Source of the DNA: Cetorhinus maximus
Lineage: Eukaryota
Direction of reading: 5' to 3'
NCBI RefSeq assembly: GCF_964194155.1
Contig: NC_135887.1
Coordinates: 25,668,001-25,732,000, forward strand
Length of the DNA stretch: 64,000 nucleotides
Both the position numbers and the translations under genes were made by a program. Positions 12,232-22,818 of the stretch are shown here, piece by piece. How positions within the stretch are numbered: position 1 is the first letter of the stretch; every line of letters begins with the position of its first letter. The notes under the pieces are model-generated. The model saw only the letters and a program-made list of their open reading frames with translations, had not been told where the DNA came from and did not search any database.

Positions 12232-13497
12232 TATTCATTTCTCAGATGTGGACATCATTGGCTGGGTCAGCATTTATTGCCCATCCCTAATTGCCCTTGA
12301 GAAGGTGGTGGTGAGCTGCCTTCTTGAACCGCTGCAGCCCATGTGGCGTAGGTACACCCACTGTGCTGTTAGGGTGGGAGTTCCAGGATTTTGACCCAGC
12401 GACAGTGAAGGAACAGTGATATATTTCCAAGTCAGGATGGTGAGTGGCTTGGAGGGGAACTTCCAGGTGGTGGTGTTCCCATCCACCTGCTGCCCTTGTC
12501 CTACTAGACAGTACCGGTCATGGGTTTGGAAGGTGCTGTCTAAGGAACCTTGGTGAGTTCCTGCAGTACATCTTGTAGATGGTACACATTGCTGCCACTG
12601 TGCATCAGTGGTGGAGGGAATGAATGTTCGTGGAAGGGGTGCCAATCAGGTGGGCTGCTTTGTCCTGGACGGTGCCCAGCTTCTTAAGTGTTGTTGAGCT
12701 GCACTCATCCAGGTAAGTGGAGAGTATTCCATCACACTCCTGACTTGTGCCTGGTAGATGGTGGACAGGCTTTGGGGAGTCAGGAGGTGAGTTACTCACT
12801 GCAGGATTCCTAGCCTCTGACCTGCTCTTGTAGCCACAGTATTTATATGGCTAGTCCACTTCAGTTTCTGGCCAATGGTAACCCCCAGAATGTTGATAGT
12901 GGGGGATTCAGTGATGGCAATGTCACTGAATGACAAGGGGTGATGGTTGGATTCTCTCTTATTGGAGATGGTCATTGCCTGGCACTTGTGTGGCATGAAT
13001 GTTACTTGCCACTTGTCAGCCTAAACCCGGTTATTGTCCAGGTCTTGCTGCATTTGCACATGGACTGCTTTAGTGTCTGAGGAATCACGAATGGTGTTGA
13101 ACATTGTGCAATCATCAGCGAACTTCCCCACTTCTGACCTTATGATGAAAAGACTGTCATTGATGAAACAGCTGAAGATGGTTGGGCCGAGGACACTACC
13201 CTGAGGAACTCCTGCAGTGATGTCCTGGAGCTGAGATGATTGACCTCCAACAACCACAACCATCTTCCTTTGTGCTAGGCATGACTCAAAATGGCGGAGA
13301 ATTTTCCACCTGATTCCCATTGACTCCAGTTTTGCTAGGGTTCCTTGATGCCACACTCGGTCAAATGTGGCCTTGATGTCGAGGGCAGTCACTCTCACCT
13401 CACCTCTGCAGTTCAGCTCTTTTGTCCATGTTTGGACCAAGGCTGTAATGAGGTCAGGAGCTGAGTGGCCCTGGTGGAACCCAAACTGGGTGTCAGA
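12232..13497 (-). mobile_element. CR1/L2-group LINE, 5'-truncated copy A (RT domain and 3' tail)
   Basis: ORF 13021-13440 ALDIKATFDRVWH...GVPQGSVLGP...FADD; 3' tail AAGGGCAATTAGGGATGGGCAATAAATGCTG. Confidence 0.92.
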
Positions 13498-13504
13498 GAT
13501 TGTT

Positions 13505-16500
13505 ATTATTCATTCACGGGATGTGGGCTTCACTGGCTGGGTCAGCATTTATTGCCTATCCCTAGTTGCCCTTGAGAAGGTGGTGGTGAGCTGCGTTCTT
13601 GAACTGCAGCAGTCAATGTGGTGTAGGTACACCTGTGAGGAAAGAAGTTCCAGGATCTTGACCCAGCGATAGTGAAGGAATGGTGAAATTTTCACAAGTC
13701 AGGATGGTGAGTGACTTGGAGGGGAATCTCCAGGTGGTGGTGTTCCCATGTGTCTGCTGCCCTTGTCTTTCTAGATGGTAGTGGTTGTGGGTTTGGAAGG
13801 TGCTATCGAAGGAGCCTTGGTGAATTCCTGCAGTGCATCTTGTAGATGGTACACACTGCTGTGTGTCGGTGGTGGAGGGAGTGAAAGTTTGTGGATGTGG
13901 TTTCAATCAAGCGGGTTGCTTTGTCCTGGATGGTGTCAAGCTTCTTGAGTGTTGTGGGAGCTGCACTCATCCAGGCAAGTGGGGAGGATTCCATCACACT
14001 CCTGACTTGTGCCTTGTAGATGGTGGACAGGTTTTGGGAGTCAGGAGGTGAGTTACTCATCACACGATTTCTGGCCTCTGACCCACTTTTATAGCCACAG
14101 TATTTATAAGGCTAGTCCAGTTCAGTTTCTGGTCAATGGTAACTCCCAGGATGTTGATAATGGGGGATTCAGCGATGATAATGCCATTGAACATCAAGGG
14201 GTGATGGTTAGATTCTCTCTTGTTGGAGATGGTCATTGCCTGGCACTTGTGTGGCGCGAATGTCACAAGCCTGGAAATTGTCCAGGTCTTGCTGCATTTG
14301 GACAAGGACTGATTCAGTATCTGAGGAGTCGCGAATGGTGCTGAACATTGTGTAATGTTCGAACATCCCCACTTCTGACCTTATGATGGAAGGAAGGTCA
14401 ATGATGAAGCAGCTAAAGGTGGTTGGGCCGAGGACACTACCCTGAGGAACTCTTGCAGTGATGTCCTGGAGCTGAGATGACTGACCTCCAACAACCACAA
14501 CCATCTTCCTTTGTGCTCGGTATGACCCCAACCAGCGGAGAGTTTTCCCCCTGATTCCCATTGACTCCAGTTTTGCTGGGACTCCTTGATGCCACACTCC
14601 GTCAAATGCTGCCTCAATGTTAAGGGCAGGTTGATACCCTGGCTTGGTGATAATGGTTGAGTAGGTCATTGCTAAGCATGTGCTGCTTCCATCATTTTAG
14701 TGATGATGGAGAGTAGACTGATGGGGCGGTCATTGGCCGGGTTGGATTTGTCCTGCTTTTTGTGTGCAGGACATACCTGCGCAATTTTCCACATAGTCGG
14801 GTAGTTGCCGGTGTTGTAGCTGTACTGGAACAGCTTGGCTAGGGGAGCAGCTAGTTCCGAAGAATAAGTCCTCAGTACTATTGCCAGGATTTTTTCAGGG
14901 CCCATAGCCTTTGCGGTATTCAGTGCCTTCAGCCGTTTCTTGATATCACATGGAGTGAATCGAATTTGCTGAAGACTGGCATCTGTGATGCTGGAGATCT
15001 CCAGACGAGGCCAAGATGGGTCATGCAATCGGCACTTCTGTCTTAAGATTGTTGCAAATGCTCCAGCCTTATCTTTTGCACTGATGTGCTGGGCTCCTCC
15101 ATTGAGAATGGGGATATTTGTGGAACCTCCTCCTCCAATGAATTGTTCAACTGTCCACCACCATTCATGACTGGATGTGGCAGGACTGCAGAGGTTAGAT
15201 CTGATCTGTTGGTTGTGGGATCGCTTAGCTCTGTCTATCATTTGCTGCTTATGTTGTTTGGCACACAAGTAGTCCTGTGTTATAGCTTCACCAGGTTGAC
15301 ACCTCATTTTTAGGTATACCTGGTGCTGCTTCTGGCATGCCCTCCTGCACTCTACATTGAACCAGTGTTGATCCCCTGGCTTGGTGATAATGGTTGAGTG
15401 GGGGATATGCTGGGCCATGAGGTACAGATTGTGTTTGAGTACAATTCTGCTACTACTGATGGCCCACAGCATTTCACGGATGCCCAGTCTTGAGTTGCTA
15501 GATCTGTTCAAAATCTATCCCATTTAGCATGGTGATGGTGCCACACAACAATGGAGGATATCCTCAAGGTGAAGACGGGACTTCGTCTCCACAAGGACTA
15601 TGCGGTGGTCACTCCTACCGATACTGTCATGGACAGATGCATCTGCGGCAGGCAGGTTGGTGAGGATGAAGTCAAATATGTTTTCCCTCTTTTTGGTTAC
15701 CTCACCACCTGCCGCAGACCCATCTAGCAGCTATATCATTTAGAATTTGGCCAGCTCGGCCAGTCGTGGTGCTACCGAGCCACCTTTGGTGATGGACATT
15801 GAAACCCCCCACCCAGAGTACATTCTGCACTCTTGCCACCCTCAGTGGTTCCTCCAAGTGGTGTTCGACATGGAAAAGCACTGATTCTTCAGCTGAGGGA
15901 GAGCAGTACGTGGTAATCAGCAGGAGGTTTCCTTGCCCATGTTTGACCTGATGCCATGAGACTTCCTGGGGTCCAGAGTCAATGTTGAGGAATCCCAGGC
16001 CAACTCCCTCTCGACTGTATACCACTGTGGCGCTACCTCTGCTGGATCTGTCCTGCCAGTGGGACAGGACATACCCAGGGATGGTGATGGAGTCTGGGAC
16101 ATTATCTGTAAGGTATGATTCCATGAGTATGACTATGTCAGGCTGTTGCTTGGCTAGTCTGTGAGACAGCTCTCCCAATTTTGGCACTAGCCCCCAGATG
16201 GTAGTAAGGAGGATTTTGCAGGGTCAACAGGGCTGAGATTGCTGTTGTTGTTTCCGTTGGCCCGTCCAATTTCATTCCTTATTGACTTTGTAGCAATTTG
16301 ATGCAGCTGAGTGACTTGCTCGGCCATTTCAGAGGGCATTTAAGATCCAGCCACATTGCTGTGTGGGAGTCACAGGTAGGCCAGACCAGGTAAGGACGAC
16401 AAATTTCCTTCCCTAAAGGGCATTAGTGAACCAGATGGGATTTTACGATAATGGTTCCATGGTCATCATTAGACTTTTAATTTCAGATTTTTTTTATCGA

Positions 16501-16570
16501 ATTCAATGCCGCCATCTGCCTCGGTCTCGAGATTACTAGTCAGTGACAATATCACTTTGCCACCGCCTCC
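13505..16570 (-). mobile_element. CR1/L2-group LINE, near full-length degenerate copy B (tRNA-like head, APE endonuclease, RT)
   Basis: Endonuclease ORF 15702-16187 (QQPDIVILMESYL...VLWVGGFNVHH); ORF 14672-15511 (KAMGPE...WKIAQVCPAHKKQDKSNPANDRPISLLS); RT in ORF 14208-14669; same 3' tail as copy A; many frameshifts. Confidence 0.92.
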
Positions 16571-16574
16571 TCCA

Positions 16575-16782
16575 CTGCACTGCCTGAGGGTGTGGAGTCG
16601 GCAGGGTCAACTGAAGCATTCAAAGGGAATTATATTATGATCTGAAAAGGAAGAATGTGCAGGGTCACGGGGTGAAGGTGGGAGAATGGCACTAGGTGAA
16701 TTGCTCATTCGGAGAACCGGTGCAGACATGATGGGCTGAATGGCCTCTTCCTGTATTGTACCAATGCTGTGATTCCGTGATG
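16575..16782 (+). mobile_element. CR1 3' end fragment
   Basis: GATGGGCTGAATGGCCTCTTCCTG followed by a TGTGATTCCGTGAT microsatellite-like tail. Confidence 0.7.
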
Positions 16783-17079
16783 TCAGTCCAGGGTAAGCAG
16801 TGAACAGAACAATGACAGAGCAGAGCCCGGCCTGTGGCCTCATACATTAAATATAGGACAGCTCTCAGCTCACAAAACCCACATCCTGTACAAACACTGC
16901 TAAGGGCAATGGCTATCTCTCATAACATCATTGCTGCAGGCAATGCTTATGGTGACGTCAATTGAAGGGGGATGGGTCCTTTTTCCAGGCTGAGCCCAGT
17001 GAAACCAGACATGAGCTCAGTTTAACTCTTTGAGGGTAAAATAACATTTTCAATTTCAAAACAGAAATGTTTTCCCACT

Positions 17080-17395
17080 CAGCCCCATCAGGAACTGTCC
17101 CCCAGTGAGAGTCAGCACCTTCAGGAACTGTCCCCCAGTGAGAGTCAGCACCTTCAGGAACTGTCCCCCAGTGAGGGTCAGCCCCATCAGGAACTGTCCC
17201 CCAGTGAGAGTCAGCACCTTCAGGAACTGTCCCCCAGTGAGAGTCAGCACCTTCAGGAACTGTCCCCCAGTGAGAGTCAGCACCTTCAGGGACTGTCTCC
17301 CACTGAGAGTCAGCACCTTCAGGAACTGTCCCCCAGTGAGAGTCAGCACCTTCAGGGACTGTCTCCCACTGAGAGTCAGCACCTTCAGGGACTGT
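17080..17395 (+). repeat. 33-bp minisatellite (GTCAGCACCTTCAGGAACTGTCCCCCAGTGAGA), about 9-10 copies
   Basis: Direct tandem repeats; same unit as 46175-46625. Confidence 0.95.
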
Positions 17396-17444
17396 GGGCC
17401 TTCTCTCACTGGGGGTCCTAATCTCAATTTTTAATCTGAACGCA

Positions 17445-17915
17445 AGACTTGCCTTTATATAGCACCTTCCATAAGCACAGAATGTTGCGAAGCATTTTAA
17501 GCCCAGTGATGTACATTTGAATTGTCACCACGTTTATTATAGGAAATCTAGCAGCTAATTTTCATTTAGCAAGTTCCACACACAGCAATGTGATAATACC
17601 ATATCTTCTAATTTAGTGATGTTGATTGAGATATAAATATTGGCGGTAGAACATTGCCAAAATCTCCACTACTCTTTCTCAAATAATGCCATGGGATCAT
17701 TAACGTATCCTGAGGGGACAGATATGACCTCAGTATAATATCTCAGCTGAAAGGGAACGCTCTCTGACATTGCAGCACTCCCTCCTTACTGCCACCAGAA
17801 GTGTCAGCCTAGATTGTGGGTTCACTTCTCTGAAACGGGTCTTTAATCCATCACTTTCTGAATCCACTGTGGTGATGGTGAGTGGGGGAGACTGTTATCC
17901 ATGGACCCATGGCTG
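17445..17915 (-). mobile_element. DeuSINE (SacSINE1/AmnSINE1-like) copy
   Basis: Reverse complement carries the Deu-domain-like core (GGGAGTGCTGCA...GATCCCATGGCA.TATTTGAG...CCAATATTTAT); family name from recall, not a search. Confidence 0.65.
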
Positions 17916-18609
17916 ATACACAGACCACAGCTTGTCTCCTTGCTGAGATCTATGGGCCCTCACATGGCACTCTTCTGACAAGGACACAATGGGCCGAATG
18001 GATTCCTTAATGATTCTATGACTCTTCCACTTGGCCTAGCCTGGGATTGCGTGCACCTCTCTGACAGTGTCTCACCCGTTGGCTCTGTTCTCCCTCAGGG
18101 AAAACCGCGCCTGCTCTTTCCTCTTCCGTTGGCACCACCAAGGATAGCCAGCTCTCTCAGTGGTGGAATCAAGAGGGGGAAATTTGCCAGAGTGCCCACC
18201 ATCCCCTCTGTGCCCAATCCTAACATTTTGTCATCGTCCTAACCTCCTCTCAGTGTGCTCTTACTATTTCCACTGTCCCACCAGGCCTGTGACTGACAAT
18301 AGCTCTCATTGCCATCAGCCTCTCAGTGATCCCTGGCCATGGAGCTTTCTGTCAGACACAAAGTGAAAAGAATAAGATTTGCAGCCATTCTGGGACCTCC
18401 CAACAGCCTGGAAGTGAGAGCGACCATTTCACACGAAGCCATCAACAAACTGTCATGTTAACGGAAACCAATATCTACCTCCTTGAGTTCTTTGGTTGGC
18501 TGCGCTGGTGTCGGAGTTGTTTGAAGATATAGTTCTGATAAGCACAGGACAAGTATTAAGAGGAAATGGTCTGAGACTCGGGGAGCGCCTGAGATCATAT
18601 AAGCAACCA

Positions 18610-19045
18610 AGAGAGAAGGAGAAGGTCAGGGAGAAAGGGAGACTGAAACAGAGAAATAGAGAAGGAAAAAGGCAGGAACAGAGGTAGAGGGAGAGACAGG
18701 TAGAGGAAAAAGAGGGAGTGAGTGTGGGACAGCAGGGGAGAGAGAGAGATAGACAGTAAGACAGAGAGTGAGACAGAAAGTTAAGAAGCAAGTGGGACAG
18801 AAAGAGAGAGAAAGAAACAGATATAGAGAGAAAAGAGAGAGGAATAGGGGAAAGGGAGAGATAGTGAGATAGACAGAGTGACAGACAGAGAGAGAAAGAG
18901 AGGGAAAGATAGAGGGACAGGGTGAGAGACAGATAGGGAGAAAGTGGGACAGAAATAGAGAGAGAAAGAGAGAGACAGAGAGGCAAAAACAGAGAGATAG
19001 ACAGAAAAAGATAGAGAGAAAGGGAGAGAAAGAGCGAGGAGGGAG
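18610..19045 (+). repeat. (GA)n-rich low-complexity tract
   Basis: Purine-rich GAGA/GACA repeats. Confidence 0.85.
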
Positions 19046-19319
19046 ACGAGTGACCCCCTGGGTTCCCAGCCAGAACGGGATTCAATTCGTGTCACATTTG
19101 AAGAATCAACACCCAGAGCAGAGTCGAGGAGGATCTTTATAAACCGAGGGTAAAAAAGTGATTTTTATCTCTTTTCTCTCTCTCTATTTTCTTTTGTAGA
19201 AGTTCTTTCAAATTTCCCTTTTCATTTTTATTTTATTATTTAATGCACAGAATGTTTAAAGCAATGTATTTGAAATTTGAGTCCAGTTCATTCTTAACTG
19301 GTACAATTGGTCAGAATGT

Positions 19320-19706
19320 CTCTGGGCTGGGAATCTCTCCCTGGGGCAGGAATCTCTCTTTGGGCTGGGAATCTCTCCCTGGGGCGGGAATCTCTCCCTG
19401 GGACGGGAATCTCTCTCTGGGCTGGGAATCTCTCCCTGGGGCGGGAATCTCTCTCTGGGCTGGGAATCTCTCCCTGGGACAGGAATCTCTCTCTGGGCTG
19501 GGAATCTCTCCCTGGGACGGGAATCTCTCTCTGGGCTGGGAATCTCTCTCTGGGCTGGGAATCTCTCCCTGGGCTGGGAATCTCTCCCTGGGCTGGGAAT
19601 CTCTCTCTGGGACGGGAATCTCTCTCTGGGCTGGGAATCTCTCCCTGGGGTGGGAATCTCTCTCTGGGCTGGGAATCTCTCCCTGGGACGGGAATCTCTC
19701 CTTGGG
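19320..19706 (+). repeat. 19-20-bp minisatellite (CTGGGCTGGGAATCTCTCC/T)
   Basis: About 20 tandem copies of the GGGAATCTCTC core. Confidence 0.93.
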
Positions 19707-19707
19707 A

Positions 19708-19990
19708 TAAGAACATAAGAACATAAAAACTAGGAGCAGGAGTAGGAAATTCAGCCCCTCGACCCTGCCCTGCCATTCATTATGATCATGGCTGATCTCA
19801 TTTTGGCCTCAACTCCAATTTCCCGCCCTCTCCCCATAACCTTTCAACCCGTTACTCATTAAAATTCTGTCTATCTCCTCCTTAAATTTATTCAGTGTCC
19901 CGGCATCCACTGCACTCTGAGGTAGTGAATTCCACAGATTCATGACCCTTTGAGAAAAGTAATTCCTCCTCAGCTCTGATTTAAACCTAC
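19708..19990 (-). mobile_element. CR1 3' end fragment
   Basis: AAGAACATAAGAACATAA tail then GGAGCAGGAGTAGG...TTCAGCCC, and the RT 3' region in reverse. Confidence 0.75.
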
Positions 19991-20399
19991 TCTATGGGAA
20001 TCTCTCTATGGGAAAGTTGAGAGGAGCCTCATGGAAGCTCTGTTGAGGGGACCACTGGGCAGTGTTTACCTCAGAGAGCTTGCTGTGTTCAGTGTGATGC
20101 CCATCCTCATTGTGCCAGCTTCAATCACTGCTCTGTGCCCACCAAGAGGATCTCAGCTCCGGCTATTAGCTGGGACATTACAGGTGATCTGGATATCACT
20201 GGGTCAGGAAGAGGGAGATCAGCTGGAGTTCATGTGTGTGTGCTTGAGAGTAAAAGAATATGAGTGTGTGTGTGTCAGTAAGCATGCGGATATGTGTGGA
20301 TATGTAAGCATCCGTGGATAGTGGATGAGGGACAGGTCAGGTTGAGTTGCCATGGCTGCACCATGAACAAATACCAAACCGGCACTCACCATCTCACTG

Positions 20400-21125
20400 T
20401 CTCACCATGGCAAATGAAGTACTCCTCAGGTAAATGTGTAGTAGCACATTTTGGTAGGAAGAGCAGGGAGCTCACATTACTTAGAAGGTGCAAGTTTGGG
20501 TGGGGTAGAGGATCAAAGGGATCTCCAAGCACAAATACAGAAATCGTTAAAAACCGTGCCACGGGTTAGCATGGCCATTTTAAAAAAGCAAAGCAAGCAC
20601 CAAATTTTATTTCTAGAGGGAAGTAGAGAAGCTATGCTGAATCTGTATCGAACTTTGGTTGGAACACACAGTCTGCTGTGTGCAGTTCTGGTCGCCATAT
20701 TATAAAAAGGATATAGAGGAGAAGATTTACAAGGATGATACCAGAAACATGTGGATATACACATCAGGAAAGGAGTGACAGGCTGGGGCTCTTCTCTCTT
20801 GGAAAAAAGGCTAAGGGATGACCTAATAGAGGTATTTAAAATTCTGAAAGGTTTTGATAAGAGTGGATACAGAGGGAATGTTTCCTCTTGTGGGAAAGAG
20901 CAGAACTAGATGACCGTCAAAATAAAACAGTCACCAAGAAATCCAATAGGGAATTCAGAAGAAACTTCTTTACCCAGAGAGTGGTAAGAATGTGGAACTC
21001 GCTGCCACAGAGAACGGTTGAAGTGAATAGTACAGAGATGCATTTAAAGGGAAAATAAACAAACCATGAAGCAGAAGGGAATAGAGGGTTTGATGAGAGG
21101 AGGCTTGAGTGGAGTAAACACCAGG
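20400..21125 (+). mobile_element. CR1 RT C-terminal and 3' fragment
   Basis: WQMKY..GKCVVAHFGRK; LNLYRTLV...CAVLV; FFTQRVVRMWNSLP. Confidence 0.8.
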
Positions 21126-21139
21126 GTGGACTTTATTCT

Positions 21140-21435
21140 TTTATGGGATGTGGGCACTGCTGGCAAAGCTAGCATTCGTTGCCCATCCCTAATTGTCAAC
21201 CACATTGCTATGGGTCTGGAGTTACATGTAGATCAGGCCAGTGGACCCTGATGGAAACCAGATGGATTTTTACATGGTTACCATTACTGAGACTAGTTTT
21301 CAATTCCAGATTTTTAAAATTATAATTGAATTTGAATTTCAGCAGCTGCCATGGTGGGATTTGAACCCATGTCCCCCAGAGCATTAGCCTGGATCTCTGC
21401 ATTACTAATCCAGTGATATTATGACCACACCACCA
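21140..21435 (-). mobile_element. tRNA-derived SINE sharing head and tail with the LINE at 13505-16570
   Basis: Minus strand has a B-box-like GGGTTCAAATCCC and ends in the LINE tail AATTAGGGATGGGCAA...CCCACATCCC. Confidence 0.75.
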
Positions 21436-21439
21436 GTAG

Positions 21440-22040
21440 GTGAGTGTGTGTGGAACCCGTACCCCAGTGAGAGTCAGTGTGTGTGGAACCCGTACCCCAG
21501 TGAGAGTCAGTGTGTGTGGAACTCGTACCCCAGTGAGAGTCAATGTGCGTGGGACCCATACCCCAGTGAGAGTCTGTGTGTGTGGGACCCGTACCCCAGT
21601 GAGAGTCAGTGTGTGTGAAATCCAAACTCCAGTGAGAGTCAGTGTGTGTGGAACCCGTACCCCAGTGAGAGTCTGTGTGTGTGGAACCCGTACCCCAGTG
21701 AGAGTCAGTGTGTGTGGGACCCGTACCCCAGTGAGAGTCAGTGTGTGTGGGACCCGTACCCCAGTGAGAGTCTGTGTGAGTGGGACCCGTACCCCAGTGA
21801 AAGTCAGTGTGTGTGAAATCCAAACTCCAGTGAGAGTCAGTGTGTGTGGAACCCGTACCCCAGTGAGAGTCTGTGTGTGTGGAACCCGTACCCCAGTGAG
21901 AGTCAGTGTGTGTGGGACCCGTACCCCAGTGAGAGTCAGTGTGTGTGGGACCCGTACCCCAGTGAGAGTCAGTGTGTGTGGGACCCGTACCCCAGTGAGA
22001 GTCAGTGTGTGTGAAATCCAAACCCCAGTAAGAGTCAGCG
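21440..22040 (+). repeat. 33-bp minisatellite (CCAGTGAGAGTCAGTGTGTGTGGAACCCGTACC) with a 198-bp higher-order period
   Basis: About 18 copies; variant unit GAAATCCAAAC recurs at about 21617, 21815 and 22013. Confidence 0.93.
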
Positions 22041-22754
22041 TATCTCATTCTTCCAACATGCTGCTCTTGAGAGGAAGTGGTGACTCCAACTACTGCAGGG
22101 ACAGCTTGCTCACAGCAAGGGCATCAGCAGCCTCAGAGCAAGAGTGAAAGCATCTCACATTGTTTCCTTCTCTCTGTCTGTCTGAGCACAGAGAGCGGGA
22201 GGGAGAGAGAGGGAGGGAGAACCGAGAGAGAGAAAGAGATGGAGANNNNNNNNNNNNNNNNNNNNNNNNNNNNNNNNNNNNNNNNNNNNNNNNNNNNNNN
22301 NNNNNNNNNNNNNNNNNNNNNNNNNNNNNNNNNNNNNNNNNNNNNNNNNNNNNNNNNNNNNNNNNNNNNNNNNNNNNNNNNNNNNNNAGATAAAGGGAGA
22401 AAGGGAGAAGCCAGAGAGAGAAGTAGAGAGAGAGAGAGGGTGGTGTATAGCGAAACTAGAGAGTGGGTGAGGACAGAGGGAAAGTGCAGACTCGACTGAC
22501 TGAACCCGCACCCTGCCCCATCTCCATGAACCCTGCTTACTCTGTGTGCACCAGAGCATTGCTCATTCCCTATCCATCTGAGCAAGGGTCAAACTAGCCA
22601 GATGCTGAGCACTTAGCCCCGGGTGAGGGAAGCTGAGGGGGTCAGTTTGCACTCTGCAGTAGTTGTGGCTCGGGTGTGGGAAGGTGGTTTGTGGGCAGTA
22701 ATGGCTCCATGTGTTTCTGTTCCAGCTCAGACTCCCCCATCTCCAGCTGCACAG

Positions 22755-22818
22755 ATGGCCGACAGAGTCAGCAACAGCACAGACTATACAACTATTGAAA
22801 CCACTAACACAACCACAG
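22755..22818 (+). CDS. Kinase gene, candidate first coding exon (short Thr-rich ectodomain)
   Basis: [21 protein letters not shown] with sequons NST and NTT; phase-1 donor G|GTAGGC matches the TM exon; candidate acceptors at 22725 or 22554. Confidence 0.5.

Noticed and set aside
16780-16794. ATG TCA GTC CAG G|GTAAGC as the original first exon of the kinase
   Set aside because: It is phase-compatible with the relic at 18285, but the ATG is formed at the end of a CR1 tail, so it is probably coincidental.
5720-18000. miR-22 hairpin expected 5' of WDR81 from human synteny
   Set aside because: The mature sequence AAGCTGCCAGTTGAAGAACTGT was not seen on either strand by eye.
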